From positions 205,716,001 to 205,780,000 of the forward strand of contig NC_042997.1 of NCBI RefSeq assembly GCF_006345805.1: a stretch of 64,000 nt of DNA, written 5' to 3'. The DNA is from Octopus sinensis. Lineage: Eukaryota. Positions 1-13,645 of this stretch are shown here, one piece after another (position 1 is the first letter of the stretch; every line of letters begins with the position of its first letter). The position numbers were made by a program, and so were the translations under genes. The notes under the pieces were generated by a model. The model was not told where the DNA came from, searched no databases, and saw only the letters and a program-made list of their open reading frames with translations.

Positions 1-199
1 GGCCTCCATAACCATAACACAGTTTGGGGCCTGATACTTTTTTGGATTCTGTTTTCCAGGGCAACACATTTGAAGTTTTGCAGATGTCTTTATCCGGCAT
101 TATTTTCACATCATTTACTATAGTCTGACATTCTTCAGTGAGGGTCTGTAGAGATGAATCCTGGTTTGCTTGCTCCATTTTCAAAAGAATCCTTGCCTG
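1..199 (-). mobile_element. Gypsy gag remnant (duplicate of 54882-55079)
   Basis: Near-identical to the gag segment of the second copy. Confidence 0.75.
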
Positions 200-202
200 G
201 TA

Positions 203-420
203 AAAACTTTACCAGCAGGCATTCAGGAATGACTCAAAATTGTTAACAAATAGTGAGACAGAACTGGACAGCTTAATCCAGTCTGTGCAGATTTTTGTGA
301 ATGATATCAAGATGGAGTTTGGACTCTCAAAATGTGCTTCAGTGGTGATGAGACCAAGAAAGCTTGTCAGGACAGAAGGCATATGGATGTCATGTGGGGA
401 AATTTATAAAATGATTCCAG
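203..420 (+). mobile_element. RLE-type (R4/Dong-like) LINE RT fragment
   Basis: LDSLIQSVQIFVNDIKMEFGLSKCA resembles the post-YMDD motif FS.DI.M.FGL.KCA; longer version at 55940-56360. Confidence 0.7.
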
Positions 421-518
421 ATTCTTGTTTCTATTTTCTTCATTTCTTGCAGAATATGCTTTCGGTAAATTCCAAAAATATCAACATCAAACAACAAACA
501 ACAAAAACATCAACCAAC

Positions 519-746
519 CTTTGCTATTTCTCTGTCTTCTTCAGGTAAAACCACAAAGTAAACATCTTTGATCTGGCTTGAATTTTGATCTGAGTAGTTT
601 TTCACTGCTTCATACATTGTTCTGGGTAGTTTTCCAATGGGGTATTTCATTTCAGCCCCTAATATAGGAAATGCCAGGCTTTTTGCTCCCATTCTCTCAG
701 CAGTTTCCAGACAAGTGGTTATTACTTGAGTCAAGTTTGCCAGAAT
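519..746 (-). CDS. PARP14: PARP14-like gene, copy 1: macrodomain C-terminal half (internal exon)
   Basis: tttttag|ATT...AAG|gttggt, 228 nt, phase 0-0. ILANLTQVITTCLETAERMGAKSLAFPILGAEMKYPIGKLPRTMYEAVKNYSDQNSSQIKDVYFVVLPEEDREIAK matches the macro C-terminal pattern CL..A......S.AFP..G....YP....I..V.FV. Confidence 0.85.
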
Positions 747-1344
747 CTAAAAAAAATAATTGTTTAGTAATTGATAATGAACATTTTATTAAATTATTTT
801 CCAATTACAGGAAGAAACCATTAAGTTGTAATAAATATATCCTCCTCTCACTCTTACCACTTCTAAACACATCTGTCATTCCTATCACTCTTTCGTCCTG
901 CAAGAGACAAGGCAACCTCACTCATGATGCTGCTACAATAAAACAGACCCCATCCACCGTGTAAAATGGTTGGTGAATGAAGAGAGACAATGCAGACCCA
1001 AGAGGAGTCTTTAGTGTTGTTGAGGACATGACAACCTCTCTAGTGCTCGTGCCATGACAGAGAAAAACTCACCAATACAGACAGTAAAACACAGAAATAT
1101 GTTTTAATATAGTCTTATTTATCAGTCACATAACTGTTGTTAGGCCATGAGGCTTTTTTCCTTCTATTTATATATAAAAGTGTCCTGTTCATCGATATCT
1201 TCTGCTTCCTTCCAATGATAACTTGGAAGAACAAATATTAAACAGGATGCTGACATTTGCTTTATGATTCTCACACAACATGCATAAGGTTCCCTTCAAA
1301 CATTAACTGTTTCAATAAATCAATATAATATGATTGATACTTAC

Positions 1345-1572
1345 TGAATCAGAGGAATATTCATTCCAGTAAGGTAATGCCAGATGAAATACATTCTTAC
1401 AGTTGAGCTTATATGCTTTAGTGATGGCAATTTCAGATGTAGAAATACTTCGACGAAATTTCTGGTTACATTCATCTTGTATCTGTGGACCAGCAGCATT
1501 GAGAATAGATTTGGAGATAGCACCAATGTTAAGCCGGAGGCTTCTATTGGTGCTGTTAACGATGACATCAAC
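1345..1572 (-). CDS. PARP14: PARP14-like gene, copy 1: macrodomain N-terminal half (internal exon)
   Basis: ttttctag|GTT...TCA|gtaagt, 228 nt, phase 0-0, no stop codon. VDVIVNSTNRSLRLNIGAISKSILNAAGPQIQDECNQKFRRSISTSEIAITKAYKLNCKNVFHLALPYWNEYSSDS has the macro motifs DVIVN, GAxSKSIL-AAG, T-x-x-x-L-x-C-K-x-V-x-H. This frame is not in the ORF track. Confidence 0.88.
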
Positions 1573-1849
1573 CTAGAAAAGTAATTAATGGTAAACAGCA
1601 AAGGAACATTCCATGGAGAGAAAAGAGATACATTGTTGCAGTTGATATTGTTGTTAAGAAAGGCTCTTTCAGAATGGCTGTAGTAAGTTTGAGGTTGTTA
1701 AAGTTAGCAAAAGATATACTCAAGATATCAGATGTGAAGGAAATGTTTGAGTTTGATTGAGAAAATGTTTTAATTAACTGTAATGATACCTCATTTGGGA
1801 ATGAAATAACAATTAAACGTAAATATGTTAAGTGAATCTATTTACTCAC

Positions 1850-1986
1850 AGATGCATTAGAAATTGAATCAGTCGATAGTTGTATTTTGATGCCAGCATT
1901 TTCTCTGGATGTCTCATTAGTTCTGGGTGCCACAGAAGAGATTTCCTTTTGCGAAACATGAAGAGATGTTTTTGATGATGTGGTGT
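1850..1986 (-). CDS. PARP14: PARP14-like gene, copy 1: linker exon leading into macrodomain (internal exon)
   Basis: Minus strand tttttcag|AC...TCT|gtgagt, 137 nt, phase 1 in and phase 0 out. Translates (D)TTSSKTSLHVSQKEISSVAPRTNETSRENAGIKIQLSTDSISNAS; the ending IKIQL...I fits the first macrodomain strand, and it splices in frame to the next exon. Confidence 0.75.
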
Positions 1987-2099
1987 CTGAAAAAAATAAA
2001 CAAATATCAACATATGTACACTTTACACAGACACACACACACACACACACACTCATAAAGATATATATCATCATCATCATCATCATTTAACGTCTGTAT

Positions 2100-3523
2100 A
2101 TGTATTTCATTTTTGGATTTGGTTTGCAAGATTCTTTATGTGAGTTTGTGTGTTGAAGCATATTCTGTTGTGTCTGGGGAGAGTCATTTTCTTTTCGTGC
2201 CTTATAATTTAACACACTCACTGCCAAAAATTTCCACTTATTTCTCCTTTTTATTTTGTTCAAATTTTCGTTGCATCTTGCAAACTTTTCAATAGTCTTG
2301 ACTCTGTCCGTTATTTACACTGCGTTCCTTTTTGTTTGTTTGTGCACATGTGTGTGGGTCAGTGTGTGTGTGTGTCTATGCATGCATGTGTGTGTGTATG
2401 CATATGTATATATGCATGTTTGTGTGTGCATCTGTATGTATGTAATCTGCATATTCATGTGCTTGCATGTCCATGTTTGTGTATGTTTTATGTATGTGTG
2501 TATGTGAGAGTGTTTTTGTGTATGTATGCACCTCTCTCTCCTTGTGTGTGTGTGTGTGTGTGTTTTGCCACTTTGTACCATGTTTGTATATATGGATGGG
2601 CATTTCTATATGTGTGGACAAGTATCTCCTTATGTGTCCTTGTGTGGAGTAAAGCGTGTGTGTACATATGGTCTTGTGTTTCAGTATCCATTTGTGTATG
2701 TGTGCCTGTTTGTTCATATAAACTATGTACCTATCCATCTGTATGTTGATCTGTTTATTTTCACATCCATATGCTTACATACATGTGCATATACACATAT
2801 GTACCCACACACACACACACACATACATACATCTATCTACATAACAGCCCACTAACTATTCTACTCTACCTGTGTAAACTGTGGGTATGGGCGTATGGTA
2901 TCTACCATGTATATTTCCTATTTAGTATTAGGAAAGTTTCATTTATAAGGACGTACTCCCGTATTTGTCTGAGTGTTGGGTCTTTTGATTGCTTGGATGA
3001 GATGCAGATGTCAAGTTGACCCAAGTTGCCTCTATGGTGGTCTTTGGGATGTTGGTAGAGTATGGAGGACTGCTTTTTGTTGTCATATTGTCTCAAATGT
3101 TCATTTAGTCTTTCAGCTATGCTCCTAGATGTCTCCCCTACATACGTCATGTTCATGTCCTTACAGGCACCTTCTAAGCATCATATGCTGTAAACTACAT
3201 TTCGAGTTCTACAGTTAATGCCAGGGCTAATCCTACATACCATGCAGTTATCATTGGTGCATATGGTATTCTTAAAGGGGTACGTCCTACATAGTTATGA
3301 TCTGACGGAGTTCCCTGGCTTTTCAACAATCTTAATGTCGGGTTTGGTCTCCTTCAGAGCTTCCCTAAATCTACAGGCTAGTTCTCCATGGGATTTGGCC
3401 TCTACAAACATCACTCCTTCATATTTATCACTTTTCTGCCATGTGTTCACCCCGTTTGCTTTGTCACAAGAGCTTTGTATCCTATTCCATTCTTTGTTTC
3501 TATATCTAGGGCAGCTACCACTG
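2100..3523 (-). mobile_element. Penelope-like element, 3' part (GIY-YIG endonuclease, 3' UTR, terminal repeat)
   Basis: TYVGETSRSIAERLNEH...SSILYQH GIY-YIG motif; CA/GT-rich 3' region; same element at 58020-59613. Confidence 0.75.
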
Positions 3524-5589
3524 TACACAATTATTATTATTATTATTATTATATCAAGCCTAATGAAATCATAGCTGTGGTCTTTGTAGGTGTCACCTAC
3601 ATGCCAGCCATGCCAGTCTCACGTAAAAAGTACCATTTGGGGGTTGTGCCTCATAGAGGCCATGTGGTTGATGCTGGCATCATGTATCTAGCATCCATGC
3701 TGGTGGTAAATAAAAGCAGCCATTACATTGGTGGTTAGGAAAGGTATCCAGCTGTAGAAACCATACCATGTCAGACTGGAGTCTGGTGTAGCCCCTCACC
3801 TTGCCAGCCTCAGTCAAACCGTCCAACCCATGCCAGCATGGACAATGGATGCTAAATGATGATGATCATGATGTACATACGTATAGGCATGCCATCATCA
3901 GCATTATCCCCATCTATATTTCATGTCCATGCTGGCACAAGTTGAACAAAATGATATATAAAGACACATTTGTCACAGCAAAAGTCATGTCCAAAAACTG
4001 TGATATATATTCCTGTCCATGCTGGGCCTTACGCCCACATTTGCCCCTGTGAAGCATCCCCTTCACCACATCTCATCTTCCTAACACCCATCCCTCTATT
4101 ATACTCTTCTAACTATGGTCCTACTTTACTGCTGTAACCATTTGAGAGCATTCATCACCACCCCAACCCTTTCATTAATACCAGTTGCATCTCTTGCATC
4201 ATCATCTCCATCCATACAACCTTCCATCGATCATCCCTTTCTGTCCCTTCCCTAATCTTTCCCACCCACCCCTCTTAGCTACACCTTACTCTGCCAGGTT
4301 TCCTGTTGAACACTTCTCCTATCTTCAATCATTCTCAACACCCTCTCACAGCCATTGCTAATACTCCCTCCAGTTTTCTGGCCCCACTCACTACAGCCAC
4401 CCCCATGTATCTCTGACTCCCATCTCTTTCACAGTTCATCATCTTTGCTTTCCCTCTGCTGTCAGATCCTGGTCATCATCTCCCTTCCTCCTCATCTATC
4501 AAGAGATTGATGGTTCTGCTGCTCTCCACCCTTCCTCTGAGGCTTCTTGTCACCTCCTCCTTTCCGAGCCCCGTCAGTCTATCAAGTCCACCTCAAAACA
4601 TTGTTCCTCACTCTCTACAACCACCTCAAGCCCCATCTCTAACCTCTGCACTTTTCATCTCACACTCTGATGCCATTACCCTCCCATTCCTTCTTTACTC
4701 ATCCACAGTCTCCCTTATACTCCCCTTCTTGTAACTTGGGACTATGCTCTGGCACTCTATTACCACCATCTTTCTCCCTTCCAGATACTGTCATGCACCC
4801 TTGCATAAATATAAGGACGCCACGAGTCTCCTCTATATCTATGTGCTTATCCCTCTGGCAAACTTTTATACTTTCTAGCCCTGGCCTCAAGCCACCTCCC
4901 CACTCCCCAGTTCCATCAGGGGGCTTGCAAGATACTTGGTAACCTCACCAGTGCTGGTGCCATGAGAAAAGCAGCTTCCAGTCCACACTCTAAAACGGTT
5001 GGCATTATGTTGAGTATTCTAACTCTGAATATTCTTCGACCAAAGTAGATGGGGATGACAATGTGTTTGTCCCTTGCTAGGATGGCCGTCCAGTTATTTT
5101 TGGTCTCCTCCTCTGAGACAGACCGCACTTTGACAGTCCCATATTTCTTTCTTTAACCTGGCTACGTAGGCTTTGCTTTTCTAAACTGCTTCTAGGTAAT
5201 TCTCTATTTGCTGCTGTGTTGCCTGCTCCACTTCCCTACTTTTGACTTCAGTTGTTTTATATAGAACTGTCCACAAATTAATTTTTTGCGGGGCCAGTTC
5301 TATGAATGTTTAACACCATTTTTCTGCTACATTTTGCACTCTTGAATTCATTTCCATCGATAAAAAATGTCTTCACTTAATTCTGTGGTTCCTCTTGCAA
5401 AGTTGAAATCGTTACGACTAGATTTGCATGTCTCATTCTTCCTCATTTTCTCTCTCTCTCTCTCTCTCTCTCTTCTTGTTTTCCCTCTGCCAAGGTAACC
5501 AAATACCTCCTTCACACCAGCACACCAATTTATGGCCTCTTTTGCGTACCTCTTTCTCTGTCCCTCGGTAACCATGTCTCTCCTCTATA

Positions 5590-8500
5590 GCAAGACATCT
5601 CTCTCTGCTTCTTTATTTCTCTGTCACACTCTAACATTTCATCATCTACTACTGGATCACCTCCTCCAATGCCCTCTCTGCTATGGCAAGACCCCTCTTT
5701 CTGTCTCTCTGTCACACTCTAACATTTCATCATCTACTACTGGATCACCTCCTCCAATGCCCTCTCTGCTATGGCAAGACCCCTCTTTCTGTCTCTCTGT
5801 CACACTCTAACATTTCATCATCTACTTCTGGATCACTTCCTCCAATGCCCTCTCTGCTATGGCAAGACCCCTCTTTCTGTCTCTCTGTCACACTCTAACA
5901 TTTCATCATCTACTACTGGATCACCTCCTCCAATGCCCTCTCTGCTATGGCAAGACCCCTCTTTCTGTCTCTCTGTCACACTCTAACATTTCATCATCTA
6001 CTACTGGATCACCTCCTCCAATGCCCTCTCTGCTATGGCAAGACCCCTCTTTCTGTCTCTCTGTCACACTCTAACATTTCATCATCTACTACTGGATCAC
6101 CTCCTCCAATGCCCTCTCTGCTATGGCAAGACCCCTCTTTCTGTCTCTCTGTCACACTCTAACATTTCATCATCTACTACTGGATCACCTCCTCCAATGC
6201 CCTCTCTGTTATGGCAAGACCCCTCTTTCTGTCTCTCTGTCACACTCTAACATTTCATCATCTACTACTGGATCACCTCCTCCAATGCGCTCTCTGTTAT
6301 GGCAAGACCCTCTTTCTGTCTCTCTGTCACACTCTAACCTTTCATCATCTACTACTGGATCACCACCTCCAATGCCCTCTCTGTTATGGCAAGACCCCTC
6401 TTTCTGTCTCTCTGTCACACTCTAACATTTCATCATCTACTACTGGATCACCACCTCTAATGCCCTCTCTGTTATGGCAAGACCCCTCTTTCTGTCTCTC
6501 TGTCACACTCTAACATTTCATCATCTACTACTGGATCACATCCTCCAATGCCCTCTCTGTTACGGCAAGACCCCTATTTCTGTCTCTCTGTCACACTCTA
6601 ACATTTCATCATCTACTACTGGATCACCTCCTCCAATGCCCTCTCTGTTATGGCAAGACCCCTCTTTCTGTCTCTCTGTCACACTCTAACATTTCATCAT
6701 CTACTACTGGATCACCTCCTCCAATGCCCTCTCTGCTATGGCAAGACCCCTATTTCTGTCTCTCTGTCACACTCTAACATTTCATCATCTACTACTGGAT
6801 CACCTCCTCCAATGCCCTCTCTGTTATGGCAAGACCCCTCTTTCTGTCTCTCTGTCACACTCTAACCTTTCATCATCTACTACTGGATCACCACCTCCAA
6901 TGCCCTCTCTGTTATGGCAAGACCCCTCTTTCTGTCTCTCTGTCACACTCTAACATTTCATCATCTACTACTGGATCACCTCCTCCAATGCAATCTCTGT
7001 TATGGCAAGACCCCTATTTCTGTCTCTCCGTCACACTCGAACATTTCATCATCTACTACTGGATCACCACCTCTAATGCCCTCTCTGTTATGGCAAGACC
7101 CCTCTTTCTGTCTCTCTGTCACACTCTAACATTTCATCATCTACTACTGGATCACCTCCTCCAATGCCCTCTCTGCTATGGAAAGACCCCTCTTTCTGTC
7201 TCTCTGTCACGCTCTAACATTTCATCCTCTACTACTGGATCACCTCCTCCAATGCCCTCTCTGTTATGGCAAGACCCCTCTTTCTGTCTCTCTGTCACAC
7301 TCTAACCTTTCATCATCTACTACTGGATCACCACCTCCAATGCCCTCTCTGTTATGGCAAGACCCCTCTTTCTGTCTCTCTGTCACACTCTAACATTTCA
7401 TCATCTACTACTGGATCACCACCTCCAATGCCCTCTCTGTTATGGCAAGACCCCTCTTTCTGTCTCTCTGTCACACTCTAACATTTCATCATCTACTACT
7501 GGATCACCACCCCTAATGCCCTCTCTGTTATGGCAAGACCCCTCTTTCTGTCTCTCTGTCACAATCTAACATTTCATCATCTACTACTGGATCACCTCCT
7601 CCAATGCCCTCTCTGCTATGGCAAGACCCCTCTTTCTGTCTCTCTGTCACACTCTAACATTTCATCATCTACTACTGGATCACCTCCTCCAATGCCCTCT
7701 CTGTTATGGCAAGACCCCTATTTCTGTCTCTCTGTCACACTCTAACATTTCATCATCTACTACTGGATCACCTCCTCCAATGCCCTCTCTGCTATGGCAA
7801 GACCCCTCTTTCTGTCTCTCTGTCACACTCTAACCTTTCATCATCTACTACTGGATCACCACCTCCAATGCCCTCTCCGTTATGGCAAGACCCCTCTTTC
7901 TGTCTCTCTGTCACACTCTAACATTTCATCATCTACTACTGGATCACCACCTCCAATGCCCTCTCTGTTATGGCAAGACCCCTCTTTCTGTCTCTCTGTC
8001 ACACTCTAACATTTCATCATCTACTACTGGATCACCTCCTCCAATGCCCTCTCTGCTATGGCAAGACCCCTCTTTCTGTCTCTCTGTCACACTCTAACCT
8101 TTCATCATCTACTACTGGATCACCACCTCCAATGCCCTCTCTGTTATGGCAAGACCCCTCTTTCTGTCTCTCTGTCACACTCTAACATTTCATCATCTAC
8201 TACTGGATCACCACCTCCAATGCCCTCTCTGTTATGGCAAGACCCCTCTTTCTGTCTCTCTGTCACACTCTAACATTTCATCATCTACTACTGGATCACC
8301 TCCTCCAATGCCCTCTCTGCTATGGCAAGACCCCTCTTTCTGTCTCTCTGTCACACTCTAACCTTCCATCATCTACTACTGGATCACCACCTCCAATGCC
8401 CTCTCTGTTATGGCAAGACCCCTCTTTCTGTCTCTCTGTCACACTCTAACATTTCATCATCTACAACTGGATCACCACCTCCAATGCCCTCTCTGTTATG

Positions 8501-11500
8501 GCAAGACCCCTCTTTCTGTCTCTCTGTCACACTCTAACATTTCATCATCTACTACTGGATCAACTCCTCCAATGCCCTCTCTGTTATGGCAAGACCCCTC
8601 TTTCTGTCTCTCTGTCACACTCTAACATTTCATCATCTACTACTGGATCACCTCCTCCAATGCCCTCTCTGCTATGGCAAGACCCCTCTTTCTGTCTCTC
8701 TGTCACACTCTAACCTTTCATCATCTACTACTGGATCACCACCTCCAATGCCCTCTCTGTTATGGCAAGACCCCTCTTTCTGTCTCTCTGTCACACTCTA
8801 ACATTTCATCATCTACTACTGGATCAACTCCTCCAATGCCCTCTCTGTTATGGCAAGACCCCTCTTTCTGTCTCTCTGTCACACTCTAACATTTCATCAT
8901 CTACTACTGGATCACCTCCTCCAATGCCCTCTCTGCTATGGCAAGACCCCTCTTTCTGTCTCTCTGTCACACTCTAACATTTCATCCTCTACTACTGGAT
9001 CACCTCCTCCAATGCCCTCTCTTTTATGGCAAGACCCCTCTTTCTGTCTCTCTGTCACACTCTAACATTTCATCCTCTACTACTGGATCACCTCCTTCAA
9101 TGCCCTCTCTGCTATGGCAAGACCCCTCTTTCTGTCTCTCTGTCACACTCTAACATTTCATCCTCTACTACTGGATCACCTCCTCCAATGCCCTCTCTGT
9201 TATGGCAAGACCCCTCTTTCTGTCTCTCTGTCACACTCTAACATTTCATCCTCTACTACTGGATCACCTCCTCCAATGCCCTCTCTGCTATGGCAAGACC
9301 CCTCTTTCTGTCTCTCTGTCACACTCTAACATTTCATCCTCTACTACTGGATCACCTCCTCCAATGCCCTCTCTGCTATGGCAAGACCCCTCTTTCTGTC
9401 TCTCTGTCACACTCTAACATTTAATCATCTACTACTGGATCACCTCCTCCAATGCCCTCTCTGTTATGGCAAGACCCCTCTTTCTGTCTCTCTGTCACAC
9501 TCTAACATTTCATCATCTACTACTGGATCACCTCCTCCAATGCCCTCTCTGCTATGGCAAGACCCCTCTTTCTGTCTCTCTGTCACACTCTAACATTTCA
9601 TCATCTACTACTGGATCACCTCCTCCAATGCCCTCTCTGCTATGGCAAGACCCCTCTTTCTGTCTCTCTGTCACACTCTAACATTTCATCCTCTACAACT
9701 GGATCACCTCCTCCAATGCCCTCTCTGCTATGGCAAGACCCCTCTTTCTGTCTCTCTGTCACACTCTAACATTTCATCCTCTACTACTGGATCACCTCCT
9801 CCAATGCCCTCTCTGTTATGACAAGACCCCTCTTTCTGTCTCTCTGTCACACTCTAACATTTCATCATCTACTACTGGATCACCTCTTCCAATGCCCTCT
9901 CTGTTATGGCAAGACCCCTCTTTCTGTCTCTCTGTCACACTCTAACATTTCATCATCTACTACTGGATCACCTCCTCCAATGCCCTCTCTGCTATGGCAA
10001 GACCCCTCTTTCTGTCTCTCTGTCACACTCTAACATTTCATCATCTACTACTGGATCACCTCCTCCAATGCCCTCTCTGTTATGGCAAGACCCCTCTTTC
10101 TGTCTCTCTGTCACACTCTAACATTTCATCATCTACTACTGGATCACCTCCTCCAATGCCCTCTCTGTTATGGCAAGACCCCTCTTTCTGTCTCTCTGTC
10201 ACACTCTAACATTTCATCCTCTACTACTGGATCACCTCCTCCAATGCCCTCTCTGTTATGGCAAGACCCCTCTTTCTGTCTCTCTGTCACACTCTAACAT
10301 TTCATCCTCTACTACTGGATCACCTCCTCCAATGCAATCTCTGCTATGGCAAGACCCCTCTTTCTGTCTCTCTATCACACTCTAACATTTCATCATCTAC
10401 TACTGGATCACCTCCTCCAATGCCCTCTCTGCTATGGCAAGACCCCTCTTTCTGTCTCTCTGTCACACTCTAACATTTCATCATCTACTACTGGATCACC
10501 TCCTCCAATGCCCTCTCTGCTATGGCAAGACCCCTCTTTCTGTCTCTCTGTCACACTCTAACATTTCATCCTCTACTACTGGATCACCTCCTCCAATGAC
10601 CTCTCTGCTATGGCAAGACCCCTCTTTCTGTCTCTCTGTCACACTCTAACATTTCATCATCTACTACTGGATCACCTCCTCCAATGCCCTCTCTGTTATG
10701 GCAAGACCCCTCTTTCTGTCTCTCTGTCACACTCTAACATTTCATCATCTACTACTGGATCACCTCCTCCAATGCCCTCTCTGCTATGGCAAGACCCCTC
10801 TTTCTGTCTCTCTGTCACACTCTAACATTTCATCATCTACTACTGGATCACCTCCTCCAATGCCCTCTCTGCTATGGCAAGACCCCTCTTTCTGTCTCTC
10901 TGTCACACTCTAACATTTCATCCTCTACTACTGGATCACCTCCTCCAATGCCCTCTCTGCTATGGCAAGACCCCTCTTTCTGTCTCTCTGTCACACTCTA
11001 ACATTTCATCCTCTACTACTGGATCACCTCCACCAATGCCCTCTCTGTTATGGCAAGACCCCTCTTTCTGTCTCTCTGTCACACTCTAACATTTCATCAT
11101 CTACTACTGGATCACCTCTTCCAATGCCCTCTCTGTTATGGCAAGACCCCTCTTTCTGTCTCTCTGTCACACTCTAACATTTCATCATCTACTACTGGAT
11201 CACCTCCTCCAATGCCCTCTCTGTTATGGCAAGACCCCTCTTTCTGTCTCTCTGTCACACTCTAACATTTCATCATCTACTACTGGATCACCTCCTCCAA
11301 TGCCCTCTCTGCTATGGCAAGACCCCTCTTTCTGTCTCTCTGTCACACTCTAACATTTCATCATCTACTACTGGATCACCTCCTCCAATGCCCTCTCTGT
11401 TATGGCAAGACCCCTCTTTCTGTCTCTCTGTCACACTCTAACATTTCATCATCTACTACTGGATCACCTCCTCCAATGCCCTCTCTGTTATGGCAAGACC

Positions 11501-13645
11501 CCTCTTTCTGTCTCTCTGTCACACTCTAACATTTCATCATCTACTACTGGATCACCTCCTCCAATGCCCTCTCTGTTATGGCAAGACCCCTCTTTCTGTC
11601 TCTCTGTCACACTCTAACATTTCATCATCTACTACTGGATCACCTCCTCCAATGCCCTCTCTGTTATGGCAAGACCCCTCTTTCTGTCTCTCTGTCACAC
11701 TCTAACATTTCATCATCTACTACTGGATCACCTCCTCCAATGCCCTCTCTGTTATGGCAAGACCCCTCTTTCTGTCTCTCTGTCACACTCTAACATTTCA
11801 TCATCTACTACTGGATCACCTCCTCCAATGCCCTCACTGTTATGGCAAGACCCCTCTTTCTGTCTCTCTGTCACACTCTAACATTTCATCATCTACTGCT
11901 GGATCACCTCCTCCAATGCCCTCTCTGCTATGGCAAGACCCCTCTTTCTGTCTCTCTGTCACACTCTAACATTTCATCATCTACTACTGGATCACCTCCT
12001 CCAATGCCCTCTCTGTTATGGCAAGACCCCTCTTTCTGTCTCTCTGTCACACTCTAACATTTCATCATCTACTACTGGATCACCTCCTCCAATGCCCTCT
12101 CTGTTATGGCAAGACCCCTCTTTCTGTCTCTCTGTCACACTCTAACATTTCATCATCTACTACTGGATCACCTCCTCCAATGCCCTCTCTGTTATGGCAA
12201 GACCCCTCTTTCTGTCTCTCTGTCACACTCTAACATTTCATCCTCTACTACTGGATCACCTCCTCCAATGCCCTCTCTGGTATGGCAAGACCCCTCTTTC
12301 TGTCTCTCTGTCACACTCTAACATTTCATCATCTACTACTGGATCACCTCCTCCAATGCCCTCTCTGCTATGGCAAGACCCCTCATTCTGTCTCTCTGTC
12401 ACACTCTAACATTTCATCATCTACTACTGCATCACCTCCTCCAATGCCCTCTCTGCTATGGCAAGAACCCTCTTTCTGTCTCTCTGTCACACTCTAACAT
12501 TTCATCATCTACTACTGGATCACCTCCTCCAATGCCCTCTCTGTTATGGCAAGACCCCTCTTTCTGTCTCTCTGTCACACTCTAACATTTCATCATCTAC
12601 TACTGGATCACCTCCTCCAATGCCCTCTCTGCTATGGCAAGACCCCTCTTTCTGTCTCTCTATCACACTCTAACATTTCATCATCTACTACTGGATCACC
12701 TCCTCCAATTCCGTCTCTGTTATGGCAAGACCCCTCTTTCTGTCTCTCTGTCACACTCTAACATTTCATCCTCTACTACTGGATCACCTCCTCCAATGCC
12801 CTCTCTGCTAAGGCAAGACCCCTCTCTCTGTCTCTCTGTCACACTCTAACATTTCATCATCTACTACTGGATCACCTCCTCCAATGCCCTCTCTGCTATG
12901 GCAAGACCCCACTTTCTGTCTCTCTGTCACACTCTAACATTTCATCATCTACTACTGGATCACCTCCTCCAATGCCCTCTCTGCTATGGCAAGACCCCTC
13001 TTTCTGTCTCTCTGTCACACTCTAACATTTCATCATCTACTACTGGATCACCTCCTCCAATGCCCTCTCTGCTATGGCAAGACCCCTCTTTCTGTCTCTC
13101 TGTCACACTCTAACATTTCATCATCTACTACTGGATCACCTCCTCCAATGCCCTCTCTGCTATGGCAAGACCCCTCTTTCTGTCTCTCTGTCACACTCTA
13201 ACATTTCATCATCTACTACTGGATCACCTCCTCCAATGCCCTCTCTGCTATGGCAAGACCCCTCTTTCTGTCTCTCTGTCACACTCTAACATTTCATCAT
13301 CTACTACTGGATCACCTCCTCCAATGCCCTCTCTCCTATGGCAAGACCCCTCTTTCTGTCTCTCTGTCACACTCTAACATTTCATCATCTACTACTGGAT
13401 CACCTCCTCCAATGCCCTCTCTGCTATGGCAAGACCCCTCTTTCTGTCTCTCTGTCACACTCTAACATTTCATCATCTACTACTGGATCACCTCCTCCAA
13501 TGCCCTCTCTGCTATGGCAAGACCCCTCTTTCTGTCTCTCTGTCACACTCTAACATTTCATCATCTACTACTGGATCACCTCCTCCAATGCCCTCTCTGT
13601 TATGGCAAGACCCCTGTTTCTGTCTCTCTGTCACACTCTAACCTT
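5590..13645. repeat. Tandem array of an 88-bp unit, about 91 copies
   Basis: Unit GGCAAGACCCCTCTTTCTGTCTCTCTGTCACACTCTAACATTTCATCATCTACTACTGGATCACCTCCTCCAATGCCCTCTCTG(C/T)TAT; the ORF track repeats with exact 88-nt periodicity. Confidence 0.98.

Noticed and set aside
2315-2855. Long ORFs rich in C/V/H/T (also 16080-16718, 43521-43807, 57841-58593)
   Set aside because: Translations of GT/CA and AAT microsatellites or antisense frames of Penelope sequence.
4916-5420. Minus-strand protein-like stretch upstream of the 88-bp array
   Set aside because: Multiple stops, no splice pair and no recognisable motif; probably a decayed retroelement ORF.
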